DNA of 64,000 nt from Daphnia carinata (Eukaryota). Below are positions 1-15,822 of this stretch, piece after piece. Position 1 is the first letter of the stretch, and the number at the start of each line of letters is the position of its first letter. The DNA lies in NCBI RefSeq assembly GCF_022539665.2, contig NC_081334.1, positions 2,356,001 to 2,420,000 on the forward strand. Direction: 5' to 3'. The notes beneath the pieces were generated by a model, which saw only the letters and a list, made by a program, of their open reading frames with translations, made no database searches and was not told where the DNA came from. A program made the position numbers and the translations under genes.

Positions 1-739
1 CAGGAAAAAAACACCGCAATCAGATTGCGATAAACTACAATTTCCTACCCCATTCGACCGTAGGCTTTGCTATACAAAGGATCAATATTGATCGCTTTTT
101 TGCAGTCGTCGATGGCATTCTGGTGTTGATTTAGTTTACTATGCGCTGCAGCCCGGTTACAATAATAGACAGCATTCCTTCCGTCCAGTTCAATAGCTCT
201 ATGAAAAGAAATCAAAGTGGAAGAATAAAAATTGATAATGCCATGGGGCAGAAAACAGCCAGTAAATGGTGGCTAGTACTTTGAATAACACATAAGGGCT
301 TCATTAAACTGCTCTGATTTCATTAGATTATTTCCTTCATTTTTCAGTTTTTCAGCTTGTGCTTTGCTTTCCTCAGATGCTTCATCTGGCATGCTTGAGA
401 CCTGAAATATAATAATGTTATAGATTACATCACATTTAAACTGAATTCAGAAACCCTAACCTCAGAGGCAACAGCATCATGGAAGATATCAAGCAATGAC
501 TTTGAGACACTCAATGACGCTGCATCGTCAGGTGACAGTTCAAATGCGGTTTCTAAACATTGCACAGCAACCTCAAGACTTTCCTATATTTCACCCAATA
601 TAGTACTAGAAATATTTTATATTTTTAGGCTTAAAACAGATGTGTAATATACCTGAGCATCGGGTAATAAATTTCCGTATTGTTTTTGCTCCGCTAAAAA
701 CTGCACGATGGCCAGTGCTAGCCGCTTCACACTTGACAT
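1..739 (-). CDS. SGTA: Small glutamine-rich TPR-containing protein (SGT/SGTA), 5' part; gene continues beyond the left edge
   Basis: Exons 739-653, 583-461, 401-~280 and ~200-49 splice to [43 protein letters not shown] (SGT dimerisation domain), then TPR repeats [13 protein letters not shown]...[14 protein letters not shown]...[17 protein letters not shown] introns; a 5'UTR exon donor lies near 816. Confidence 0.93.
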
Positions 740-819
740 TCTAAAAGACTGTATATGTTAAAATACGTGAAATTTTTCAACGAAATATACACATTGATAT
801 TAATAATTGCCAATACCTT

Positions 820-1336
820 TAGCGAATCGACAGTATGGATGTGATACCGCCAGGAAATGTTGACACACGTGTCAGTTATTCGTTGCTTTCCACTTCGTGA
901 TTTAGCAAAGAACATAGAATTTTCCCAGCAGGCGACAGTCGTAGAATGCTCCATACACGAAGGCCAACTTGCGTCCGACCGGATACGAGAAAAATGGTAA
1001 CTAGCGCTCTTATCCTAGTAGTAGCAGTTCCAGTTCGATTTGTAATAACTCATAAATTACCTAAATATGTTTCACCGCAACCTCTTAAATTATTTATTAA
1101 ATTTTGAACCTTCACATAACGTGTGGTACAGGAAATAGCTTTCCCTGTACTAACGGTGGAATCACAAATGAAATGTTAAATTACGCAATTGCCTTTCTCG
1201 TCAGGCAACATGCACGTTTTGAAGCATTCAGTATCATGGCATCGTCTAGCAGACGAATTCGACCTGTCCTTTTCCTCTAAGTTCCGTTTTTTTTGTGTCG
1301 AACTTTTGTTCAAGTCACGAAACATTAAATTAAACA
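820..1336. promoter_or_regulatory. Probable bidirectional promoter between SGTA and TIM17
   Basis: Divergent housekeeping genes with start codons about 600 bp apart (739 on -, 1337 on +). Confidence 0.55.
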
Positions 1337-2196
1337 ATGGAATATCAAAGAGAACCATGGTAATCTTATTTACGTTAAATCCCAAATCAGCTGTGCTCAA
1401 ATTGTGTGCTCCATGACAGTGTTATATAGTCCTGAACTTTTTCTATGCTGGGGGGTCTAACAGTAGCTAAAGCAACGTGGGCACTTCCCGGTTTATAACA
1501 AACGCCGCTGTTTCGAACACTGTGCTGTGTATTTGTAAATTATCATCTCAGAATTATTTTTAATTTTTTTCAGCCCCTGGCGAATTGTTGACGATTGTGG
1601 TGGAGCCTTCACCATGGGAGCTATCGGTGGCGCTGTCTTCCAGAGCATCAAAGGATTCAGGAATGCCCCAAGTGTAAGTTGAGGAAGCATACTGAATTGC
1701 AATACCTTTTCACTTGTGAAATTTTCATTCATCCTATGGTTTTTCGTAAAACATGCAGGGTTTCCAAAGGCGTGCATTTGGCAGTATAATTGCTGTCAAG
1801 GAAAGGGCTCCAATTATTGGTGGCAATTTTGCCGTGTGGGGTGGAATGTTCTCCACCATAGATTGCACATTAGTTTACTTCCGGCAGAAAGAAGACCCTT
1901 GGAACTCAATCATCAGTGGATTTGCAACTGGTGGTATCCTTGCTGCCAGAAGTAAGAACATTTTCAGCCTATCATGGGATGTGTCTGACAGTTAATTAAC
2001 TCGATATTCCTGTTTTGTAGATGGTGCGGGTGCTATGGTCGGCAGCGCGGTTGTTGGAGGCTTAATTTTAGCCCTAATCGAAGGCATGGGCATTCTCTTC
2101 ACGCGAATGACAGCTGATCAATTTCGGCCTATGAGCCCTGCTGCAGAAGAACCAATGAATTCTCCACCTTCATTTGGATCCCAACAGTACCAGTAG
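1337..2196 (+). CDS. TIMM17: Mitochondrial inner membrane translocase subunit Tim17
   Basis: Exons 1337-1359, 1574-1673, 1759-1951 and 2021-2196 give [27 protein letters not shown]...[16 protein letters not shown]...[21 protein letters not shown]...[15 protein letters not shown]...QQYQ*. Confidence 0.96.
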
Positions 2197-5100
2197 CCAA
2201 ACGTCATAATCTAGCCAGCCAATTTCCTCTCTGTTGTTTCTTTTTTTTTTCCCCCCAATTCTATTCATCCTCGTTTCCTCGTCGGTAGTGCTCACACGCT
2301 ATAGAAAGCGACACGTGAGTCAGTTATTTGCATTAATTGATTGGGCATGCATCACGCAGCCCCATTTCTCTGTCCTGGTACCGTATGTTTCTTCTGGCAT
2401 TTTCCGCCTGTCTACTGTGCTGTTGACATTTAATGCCGCTGTTTGACGCATCTCAATCAAGTGTATAAAGAAACGGATTACTAATAAGAAACACCTCCAC
2501 AAAATTTAATGAACTTTGCAACTGCATTCGTTGTTTGGCTACCTTAACCGATGTAAAATGCTTTCCAATCAAGTTTGCCCATTCACAGAAGGCATGGCAT
2601 TAAAAAGAAATTTTCTATTATTGGCACCTGTTGTTTAAAGGCAATGGCTGTCGGAGAAAATTCCTGTCGAAATTGAAGGAGAGACATAAACTTATAGAGA
2701 GCGAACATTTCATGAGACTGAGGATGAAAAGCAACATGCCGTGAAAGGAAACACAATGATGGGACGGTCAAACGAAATTCAAAGCGGCCTGCGCGCCGCT
2801 GTAGCAACAGCAATCATGTGGCCAAAGGAATAAATATCTACGGCTACCAAGTCACTATGCAAATCACGTGCCATAGTACATAATAAAGAGAACCCCATAG
2901 ATAGAATGAAAGAATGGCCTCCCTGCGGGCACAATGAGTCGATGAACGCAGACGCGAGAGAAACTCTAGCCATCCGTTTGTTCTCTCCTTCTTTTTCGTT
3001 AGTCGAAATACATTATCGCGGAATGTTATCGTCTCAGACCTCCCGAAGAAAAAGAAAAGAAAAACCTCTACAATCTTTTTTTTTTTTTACTTTGACTTAA
3101 TGTTCGCCACGCATCGACAGCTACGACCTCATGGTCACACCCATTCCGAGAACACCGTGTTCCAATCGCCTCACGATCACGCAACTTTATTTAGCCGCTT
3201 CACTTCACTGATCATAAATGGATAAGACGAAGGATTACGTGCCAGTCGACTACAATGAATTGATTGACGCGCTTCGTTTATTTATTTTGATTCTATTAGT
3301 GTGTGGCATTTTGTAATTCTCAACTGTTTGCACTTCTCCCACGCCATCTCCTTTCCCGTTGTTCGACCCACCACATCGGCCACATTCAAAGGCAGTTCAT
3401 TATAGCTTTTCTTGTTTACTGCCCTTAAATGGACAAAGGCCCAAGCCCCTTCGATGCGAATATGCTTATAATCTCTCTTTTAACCTTAGTCTTTTCCTCC
3501 TTTTTGTTTTTTTTTAATGATTATTTGTTTGCATCTATCCCGTCGCGTTGCCTCTTATTCGGATGTGTTTTATCACCAGCGATCAATAAACCGACAGAAC
3601 AAAGGCGGGAGGTTACTACGCGAGCAGGAAAAAGCGCTGAACTAAAAAAAAACTTGATACCATACATGAAACAACCAAAACAAAAACAAAAACAAAAAAA
3701 AAGGTTGCCTTATGAAAAAGAAGAGTTCAGTGAAGGCACTGTGTCGACATTTAGGATTAGGCAATCGTTCAACAAGCTGACGTCTAAAAGTGCAGAACTG
3801 ACACGAAACCGGTCGGAGGTGGCAAGAAAAAAAAAAAAAGTCCGGTTCGTTTGCTGAATGAGCCGAATTGGATGGGACATCAAAGGGCAGCACCTCTCCA
3901 CTCTTATCTCTCCTGTTCATCTTCTGACACGTCACAGTACGTGTCATGATGGCTCGTCAAAAGGCCGGCAGTCTGGCCCGTCACCCATAGAAAATAACAA
4001 ACACAAAAAAAAAAAGTACCTGGGCGGGTGGTCTTATCGCTTGGCGAGAAGGGAAGAAAAAAAAAGTAGTTTTTGTGCGCGTGTTCGTAAACAGTCAATC
4101 ATCGACAGCAAGAGGAAACGACTCAACTTTGGGGTTCTTTTCAAGGTGAGCTGCGGATGTGTGTTGCGAGAGACGTTATCGGCCTTTATGAAACTAGCGC
4201 ATGCCTGTACATACACTGTTCCAATCTCACGGCCGACTGTCAAAAGTAAATCTAACTTTTTTTTCTTTTTTCAAAAAATAAGCCCGACGATTTCTAACGC
4301 TTTTGCCCATGCCCATAACGGCCGTTTCTTAAGCCTTTTAACAGTTGAGAAAGTGACCTCTTTTGAATATACGCTCCCTTTTTCTTGTTTCCCCTGCGCG
4401 TGCGCGTACGTATAATATTGCGTTCAATCAAAGCCAGTGAACAAAATTCGAGTCATTTCGAAAGAGAAATAAAGAAAAACAAAAGAAAAAGTCACCTTTC
4501 TGTATCGAACAAGTTTTGTAGATTTCGCCTTTGTTGTTCTTTATTTGTCCTATTCAAATTAAACCACCACAAACGACTTGATATGATAGACTATACGAGA
4601 GCGAATTAGGAAGGTTCGTTTTTTTTTTTGTCCTTGCATTAAAAAGAATTTTCTTATTCTTTTCACGGCACCTTGGCGAAACTGAATGGGAAAACATATT
4701 GCATCTCATAAATGTCTCACACCATTTGAATGTCTAGCCCATCCAGCAGAGCTGAAATACGCACTGCGTGTATTACAAAACTAACGCCCTTCTTTCAAAG
4801 TTGATGGCCCCTGTGCGTTAGCTCTATAAACTCCGGACCGTGCCAAGTGTTTGTCTTTCAGTATCCAACGTGATGCCACACAAATTACCAATCAAACAGT
4901 GTCCATTCGTGCGGCCTTGATGTTAGGCTCGCATGGTGGACTCGGATCGATTCTTTTCATGTCAAACTCGTTCCAATTGAGCCACGCAATACACACTGGA
5001 GACGAGCTAAAACAGCTGTATTGACAGGCCCGAGATAACGAAGAAGGAGTGCTTCCTTTTAGACGTAACAAACCACACGGACTTGTTTAAAAATTTTTTT

Positions 5101-5506
5101 TTTTTGGTTAATGTCGAAATGTGTTGCGAGTCTCTAACGTTGCACGTCGATTGAGATTTAACAAAGGAAGGAGGTCGCTTCATTTTTCTTTTCTGGTTGG
5201 CGATTTCACGCGTGACCTAGACGGGCCTCACGCCAACCATTTCGTATTTCGTATTTAGCATTGCAAGCTTTAGCCTTGAGTGCATCTTCAGACAAGCCAC
5301 TCTCTCTTATGGGTGTGTGCGTATGTCTCTGACAAAGTTATAGCGGAGTCCCTTCTCGAGTGTCAGTTGCATACCTTTCAGCATTACTGGCAAAATCTGC
5401 GTGAAAGCGGGGCCGTGTCGGATGGTTGGAGTGGCCCCACGGCGTGTACCCGCCGGTCTATGTCTGTGTTTCCACTGCATTTAACTTTTATAGCGGCCAG
5501 CATACG

Positions 5507-6345
5507 GAGAGAGAGAGAGAGAGAGAGAGAAAAAGAACGGAATACTACACAGAGAGAGAGAATGAGAAAACAACTGGGCGGTCCGTTATGTGGGCTATAC
5601 GCGTATCACGCTGAACGAGAGAGAGAGAGAGAGAGGAGAGAAAAATCCATTGAAGTCAACACAGCACACAAGCGTATAGACACAGAAAACGGGAGGACGG
5701 ACCGAAAAAAAAAAGAAACACCGCCACTGCCACAAACCATCACCTCCGAACGCACGGTCCCACTATTCGGCAGTCGAGGAGCGAAGCTGCCTCCCGCCGG
5801 GCCGCTTGAAATCACGCTCTTTATTTTTATTTTTTTTTTCCTTTTTTATATATATATCTCTCTCTCTCTCTTTCTCTGACTATTGCGCTTTGGCTTCGTT
5901 CCCTTCATCTCATTTGTGTATCTGTGACTCTTTTTTGAACTGAAACCGAGAGAGAGAGAGTATCAGAGAGAGAGAGAGAGAGAGAGAGGCAAGAGAATGA
6001 AAGAGAGAGTCGGGAGCAGCTGACTGTGAACGAATCTCGGCAATATGGGCGTTCTCCTGTGCACGATCTTCTCGTCAATTTAATTGTGTTGCTGCGAAAA
6101 AAACAAAACAAAAAAACTACTCGGCAGAGAGTTGCGATTGCCCGAACCAGAAAGAAAACACGACAAAGAGGAGAAAAGTTTATCACATAACACGGATCAA
6201 AAAAACAAAAGGCAAAAAAAAAAAAAACAAATAGACGTTTTGCTTGTTCAAAAAACGACGCCTGCAGGCGGGATAGTGTCAAGAGGGAAAGTGCGCACTG
6301 GCGGCGACGTAATTGGTGTATGTGTGTGTGTGTGTGTGCGTGCGT
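5507..6345. repeat. Microsatellite cluster: (GA)n at about 5507-5530, 5618-5640 and 5948-5987; (CT)n near 5857; (TG)n at about 6316-6345
   Basis: Dinucleotide runs directly visible in a long non-coding region. Confidence 0.9.
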
Positions 6346-8822
6346 GTTCGGTGCGGGCGTTTTTCTATACGGTTATTAGTTTACACACTCTGCGTGGGCC
6401 TATTTCTTGGCCTGCATCTGTGACGCTTGTTTCGCTAGCGCACCGCCGACGAGTATTTATTTTATTTTTTTTTTCGGCGGTCAGCCTTCGTGAAAGTCGA
6501 CGTCGATCGCGCACACACACATTGCCATTCAAGAAGGAGAAAACATACAATCAAGAAAGAAAATAAACACGACCCGAAGGCGATGCTGTGGGTACCGGTA
6601 AGCGTCGAGTATTTATTTGGAATTTTCGTGTGAAATTCAACAAAAGCCATTTTCTGTTGCTTCGCAGTTAACGAGTCCAACAGCCTTCGATGCTCGTGTT
6701 ATGCACACTTCTTTTTTATTTTTACACAACTTAAACCGCCGTTTTTTTTTTTTTGCGTTGCGTCTAGTCCCGATTTTTTTCTTTACGACACGCCTACGCA
6801 CTCGAAAGTTGTACGGATCGCATTCGTCTCCTTATAGGACGCCCCCGTTCGTTAATGTTAATGTTAGACGTTAGAAGTTAGAAGTTAATGACAGACTTCC
6901 GTTTGTTAATCGATGGTTCCTGGACGGCCGGTTTCGCGTTCATATCATTCATTCATGTTCTCCGGTATGTGCGGGATGAAACATTTAATGGCAGCCGATG
7001 AGATGAGAAACTTTCGCGTGGTATAGTCGGTCACAAGCAATGGCCTCATCACAATTGTTTTCTAGTTTTGCAAGTCGATTTTGTTTTATTATTGGACTTT
7101 CTATTTTGTTTTCGAAGGGTGAACTTTCTATCCAATATATTTTTTTCGGGAAATGACACGTCGAGTAAAAAAAAAAAAACAGTCCATAAGCTCGTAGTTG
7201 CAACAAGTCAAAGCCTACTTCCTTTTCGTGTGTGTCTGTGGCGCCATTGATGATTGAAGAAAATGTACAGCTGTGATGGTTGGGTGGAGCGATTTAATAG
7301 CCACTCAACCATAGAATTGAGCCTACCAGCGACACAACGTTTTCATAGCCCCTTCTTCTTTTAAACTATTATTTTTATTATTATTATTTTCAACTCGCTC
7401 AATGGGTAGACCTCCACTTCAAACTGACTCCCCATCTTCTAGCCATGATTTTTTTTTCGACTTTTGGGTATAAACCTCCCCTTTTTTTTTCTGGGTGTCT
7501 ACTTGTTACGCTAAACAGACAAACCCCTTACCATTCAGTTAGTTCAGTATTTTTTTTTTTTTTAAAGGCCGATCCTCGGCTGCGGCACGCACCCACAGCT
7601 TTTTACGACCGCGCTCTTATTTTCTCCCTTCTCATCTTCATTTTAGAAATTTTCGGGACCCCAAAAAAATAAATTTTTTATGGATGAACCGAGGGGGAAG
7701 AGTGAAAAGCTTTAAAGTGTTACTTTTGTTTATTGATATTTTTTTTTTTTTTGTGTTTCATCTTCTCTCCGTTCTTTTTTCGTTTTGGGTGTCGTATAAA
7801 AAAAAAGCAGGAAAAGCTGCGATCGACGACGGACATCAACATCTTCGTTGAAGAAAAGAATTTCTAGCTGTTGAACGTGAGCGCCCAATTCGGAGAAGAA
7901 TGTGCTGCTGATCGAGCTGGCCCCTTTTTTCCCTCAGGTTCTCTAAGAAAAAAAAAAATAGAGAAGACGCTGGTGCACCGACGGTGTCATAACTCATGGC
8001 CCCATTCTCGTCAACATATGTCGACTTGCGGAAGGAAATGCGGCCCGTATGACAGACGCTTCCCGATTCTCGTCAAGGCAACTTTGGCATCGCCATAAAA
8101 ACGATAAGCAGCGGTGACAAACGTCAAGTCAAAAAAAAAAAAAGAAAATACAATCGGAAAAACGAAGATTAATAGAAGGAAAAGGAAACGTAGGAAAGAG
8201 GACCATAAACACAGAAACAAAAAGAAGACCACAGAACAAATAAAGAGAAAAGAAAAGGGACGAAATAACAGAGACAACATTGACGATTGACGGTTGTTTT
8301 TCGTGTAGGAAACGTGAAGGGGGGGGGGAGGAGGAGGAGGACAGTGAACTATTTGTTGCGTCCCGTTCGTTCGTCTGGAGTCATCTGGTCTTTCCTTTTT
8401 TCTTTCCGAAAGAAGAAGAAAGAAGAAAAAGCAAACATTATACCACTGACAAATGGCTGCTGCCCATCAACATTCTTCCGGTTCGTATAGACAGTTCGCT
8501 TGTTGTTCTTCTTCCGTTTTGTTTTCGTAAACATTGTCAACAAGCAGTTTTTGCATCTTATCCGTTCCACACTCGTCTGTAGTCCTTTCTCATTTCAAAA
8601 CTTGATCATTTCTAAAAATGCTGTTCATAAATTCCAATGATATTTCACACAGCATTCTAAATTCGGCATCCCCGGCATTGCGTCTAAATTGCCTCTGCAT
8701 TTTTTCTAATCGGCTTGTTATTTTAATAAAAAATCCCAGGCAACGGAAAAAGGACACGATTTTTGAACCGGCTCTTTCCTTGGCGATCGTCTTCTAGTCA
8801 CAGATCGAGTAGCGGCAGTCGC

Positions 8823-11800
8823 ATGATGAGCGGCGGCCATAACAAGGAATCGCCAGGCCAACTGTTCTCCGGTAGCAGCACGAGCAGCGTCCGACGCACG
8901 TCGCCCGTCGATCTCAATTTAGGCGCCGAAACGTCGGTAGGATCGCCGATGATGGCCGTCCCTTCTTCGCTGCCCATTCCACGATTTCCCGACGTCGTAG
9001 AGGCTGAGCCGGCCGTCCTCTTGCCGACGCATCATCGGCGAACGCAACGACACAAAGACGGTGGCAACGGCTTCCGTGTGACGGCAACGGCCGCCACGCC
9101 ACCCACTTACCAACAGCATCAGCCGCCCGATAAAATGGACCACGAAGAGATGGGCGCTCTACGACATTTGGCCAGCGAATTGAACGCCGCCCTTCGCCTT
9201 TCCGAAGAAGAGAATCTTCTACTTAAAGGTAAATTGTCCTATTTCTTCAGTTAAATAGTGAAGGGGAGGCGATTTTTATTGTTGATGTTGAATTGCCTTG
9301 TTACGTACTGTTGAATTGCATTGTTACGGTGGCATGCGATCACGAACTCGGAGGATCACGAATTTTCTTTCCCCCCGAAATACTCGCATTCAAATAGACT
9401 CTCGACTCAAAATGGGAAGAAACATAATAGTAGTTATATGCTAGTAAATAATGGAATATTTTTAAAGAAATACCGCCGCTTCTATAAGCGTCCCTCAATT
9501 TTCGTTTTTCTCTCTTGGCCGGCTGCTAAATACGGTCGTTTTGCATGGAAATAGCCCGTCATAAATCTTAATTCATGATGCCGCCTCGCTTCGGTCATCG
9601 TTTTTTTTTTTTTTTCATGTCTTTCACAAGCCACTGTTGTCTCTGCCGCTCTCAGCTAATCATCGTGGTCATCTCAACACATGAAACGTTCCAAAAAAAT
9701 GCATAGATTTCATTTCAATAGCTTTCCAGAGGCGCCCACGTTGGCCCAGCCTTGTCGACAAGCTTTTTCCTACTTTTAAATGAATTCCCGATGTGCACAG
9801 TTGCCCGTCATCGGAATTGCGGGAAGCTCACGTCCGTCATCAAAACAAGCATGAATTCATCTTCTTCGCTTCGACCATGGAATGCGCACTGTATTGTCAA
9901 TAAAAGGAAAGGAAAAAAAAAACATTTAGAAAATGGAGAGATAAAAATATTAGAGAAACGAGTTTTACAAACGAAATTTAAAAAAAAAGGGAGCACATGA
10001 GATTATAAAAAAATAAGGAACTGGAATTCGTGAAGGAGCGAAAGATGGTCGGATTCACGCTACGTAGCGTGTTGGTCGCGTGTGCGAAAGATAGAGTAAT
10101 CCGAAACTAGGCGTGTGCCACCTCTTTTTTTTTTCAAGTTACGTCTTACTATCTACGCAAAGCTTACATGAGGACAGAATATAACGAGGGAGCCAAACAC
10201 ACACACACACACACAAAAAAAAAAAGAGGGGGCGAGTCATGCACAATCATGTTTTTCTTCCTAGCTTTTGTTCATTTCTAATGTCTCGGCATTTCCAAAC
10301 AAAATAAAGACGATAGAGAAAGAAGCTGGCCGATTGTTCGCATCGACTTTGGGGTCCTCGTGCCCGTTAGCGTGAGCCTTTGCTGCACGTTTTCGCCTTA
10401 TTTGGTCGTTGAGACAGTAGGCCCTTGTGTGGCGTGATGTGCCCATTTTTTTTTTATTTTCAAAATGCCTCCCCTTCCGCCTTGGCCGGATCAAAGCATG
10501 CGAACCTAACCCAAGCCAACGACTCTCTTGACAAAATACTGCAGCCTCATTATCTCGTAGACGGCAGAGGTCAACACACACAGCCGTATAGGAACACGTT
10601 AAGACGTCCGTCGCGGCGCGGTCCGTCGTGTCGTTCGACGTATTTTCTTCTGTTCGGGAGAAAACAAGAAATGTATTCTTTTGTAGGAAAAAAGAAAGCC
10701 CTTGTCCGGCCTTGGCTGTCATAAATTCTAGCTGACTGACCCGCGCCGATCAGCCCATCTGATAATCATTTTCAAACTCGTCCGTATATGGAGGCCGATC
10801 GTTTCATTGCCTCAGCTGTTTTCTCTTGTTTTGTTTAAAGCAGCAATATAGAGGGGAAGAAAAAGAGAAAAAAAAAATCAAGGACCTAGTGGGGGCCACA
10901 GTCAAAGAGACGGTCATCCAGCAGCTTGATTTATCGGCCAATAAACATATGTATGGACGTTGATTCAATCCCTTGAACGATAATGCCTATTCAAAAGAAG
11001 TTTTCCTCTTCGTTTTCCTTTTGTTATGCAACACAATTTTCGATTTTTGTTTTTAATCCTTCAGACATTCTTCTCATGTCTTGTTTTGTTTTTCTTTTGA
11101 CTACTAGCCAAACTTCAAACGCTGGATGAGTGGGGTCTAATGGCCGAACAGCAAGAGGACGTCGGAGCCAGTCAAACGGCTAAACTGGATCGGCTGATCG
11201 AAGACTTGCGCGACATCGCCTCATCGCAACCCACCTCACCGTTCACATCGCCTGTCAGTTTTAGCCCTTTTAATTAAAACAAGAAATATCCCCTTTTCTC
11301 TTTAAGAAAAAAGAAAAACATTTCAGAAATGCGATTAATAATTCTCATTCCCGTTTGCGTCCAAATAGTTCGTTCACAGACGGAACATGCGCGATCTCGG
11401 CCGCATTCTTCAGCAGCGGCAATCCGAGTTGAGGCGGTTAACGGCCGAGCTCCACCAAACGCAGACGGAACTGCTTTTCACGCAGGTCGAACTGGATCAG
11501 GTGCGTCGCTGTCTCCAAAGGCTCGACCAGAGGCTTTTGTACGCCGAGGACGAGTTAGACCTGGCCCGTCAAGGTTTGCTGCAAGCGTCCATTAGCAAGT
11601 AAGCAAGACACACCCTTCCTTCTTGTTCTTTCTCTCTCTTTTTTTCGTTCGGCTGGACATGCCGGCGCTCCTTTTTGTGACCCCCAACGAGATGGATGAT
11701 GCACCCCCTTTTTCACGCCCTTAATTAATTGTTTGGAACGTAGCATTTTTTCTCATTGACTTGCGGACTGGTCTGTAATAGGCAGAGGCTGATGCAAGAG

Positions 11801-11911
11801 CTGCAGACCACCAGAGGCCTGTTGATGAGGTGTTGGGGTCGCGTCCGCGATTTGGAACAGCAGCAGCAGCAGCAGCAACAAGCGGCCGGCAACATGCTCG
11901 AGGCCAGCTGA
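8823..11911 (+). CDS. Uncharacterised coiled-coil protein (4 coding exons; may extend further 5')
   Basis: Exons 8823-9228, 11108-11253, 11368-11598 and 11782-11911 splice in frame through GT-AG sites: ...LRHLASELNAALRLSEEENLLLK|AKLQTLDEW...LDRLIEDLRDI...|FVHRRNMRDLGRILQQRQSELRRLTAELHQTQTELL...|QRLMQELQTTRGLL...QQQQQQQAAGNMLEAS*. Heptad-rich sequence. Confidence 0.75.
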
Positions 11912-13032
11912 AAAGACAACGACTTTTGACAGGTTCTTAACAATCCAAACGCCACGCGCGCCCATCTCAACACACAGCCGGACAAAAAAACAAAAACAAA
12001 AACAAAAACAAAAAAATAAGAAATAAAAACAAAGACTCATTTGCACTTGGTTCGCTACCGCCTTGGTCGGCACGTTTCTGTTTCCAAGAACACGGCGCTG
12101 TTCTTGTCGCTATGCGGCCAACCCATTTTCAAGTTTCGTTTTTTCTCCTCGAGCCGCTAACTAATTAAGGAAATACCAAAGACAGCCCAAACTAATTGCT
12201 CCAAGCGCAATCACGTAACGTAAGTCTAAAGAAATGCTTTTTTTTTTCATTATTATTTATTTTATTTATAAAAAAAAAAAAGAGAAATTTCGATTGTATT
12301 AGGGTTTGTTGCACGCTGGAAAACAAAAACTAAAAAAAAAGAGACGTCAGCTATTTTTATACGATTCGCCAATACCAACATGGCATGATCTTTACCAATG
12401 TACATGGTAAGCCCATCCTCCTTCTGCGCCACTCCTTTTTCCCCCAAAAAAAGAAGAAGGAAAGAAAGAAAAAAAGAGAAAAAAAAAAATGAATGGAATA
12501 AAATCAAAGTCAAACGGAGCGACGGGGGATAGCGAAGGTGGCAATGAGAAGTCTTCGGCCACACGCACACACACGCACACACAAGAAAGAAAACACTGAT
12601 ACTTTCGGTCATACCATCCGACTGCAATAGCCGAACAAAAGAGAAAACAATAAAAGAAAAAGAAAAAAAAACAAGCCACAAACGGCTAAAAAATGATGAC
12701 GGATCGTTTTGGACGTCCACCGAAAAAAAAAAAAAAAAATCTGAATGAAGAAGAAACATCACGAGAGCGCCCTTATTTGTTATTCAAAATGAATCAGCTG
12801 GTGAGTTTGAACAGCAGCAGGTCCCCAAATTTCAGCTTCGATGCAACTCTTTTCAAAAACAAAAAAATATTCATTTGTTTTTTGTTTGTTTTTTTTTCGG
12901 TTTTCCTCACGTGTTACGAAACGTAACGGATAGTGAAGGACTGGAGAGATACGAGGTGGAATCGAGTGCGACAGGAATAATTTAAAAAAAAGGTGGTTTG
13001 TAAAAAAAAAAAGAATGGTTAACGGGTGGGAA

Positions 13033-15302
<2,270 letters not shown>

Positions 15303-15822
15303 TTGAGTGTCACTAAACTACGCGGACAGCGGGCTTTTCACAAGCAAAAGCTTAACAAAATTGCGCGGAACATCTTCGAATAACTTCAAAACAAATCAAA
15401 TGGTGGCAAAGCGAATACAATCATTTGTGTTTCAAATAAGTAAAGAAGTTCAACATTTGGATGGCGTATAACAATCAACTTTTGCAATTTTGTGTTTCAT
15501 TCGAATTTCTGAGTTTCCGTCGAAGGCATCACAACTTTTTACTGCCACGCAGGTTGTTATTTTTATTTCAATACACATGTGAAACGTCAAAATCATAACA
15601 GGACCGGCAAAGACGAAGCTCTTATTGTGCAACAAGAAATAATTCTCAATCAACTGCAATAGAACAACTAAGCGTTAATATAATGTTCATATTCGTTTTA
15701 CGAATATGACGATGAACAACAGACCGCAGTTGGCGTATTCGTATACGTGCAAAACTGAGTAGAAATGACTGCAAACTGTTGTCATGGCGACGTTAGATAG
15801 CTGAAAACAACATATCCAAAAA
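15303..15822. promoter_or_regulatory. Probable bidirectional promoter between MIER1 and WDR78-like
   Basis: Divergent start codons about 520 bp apart. Confidence 0.55.

Noticed and set aside
3429..8582. Many 60-200 aa ORFs rich in K, F, R and E in the ORF track
   Set aside because: They arise from poly-A/T runs and GA/CA microsatellites, with no domain motifs or consistent splice structure.
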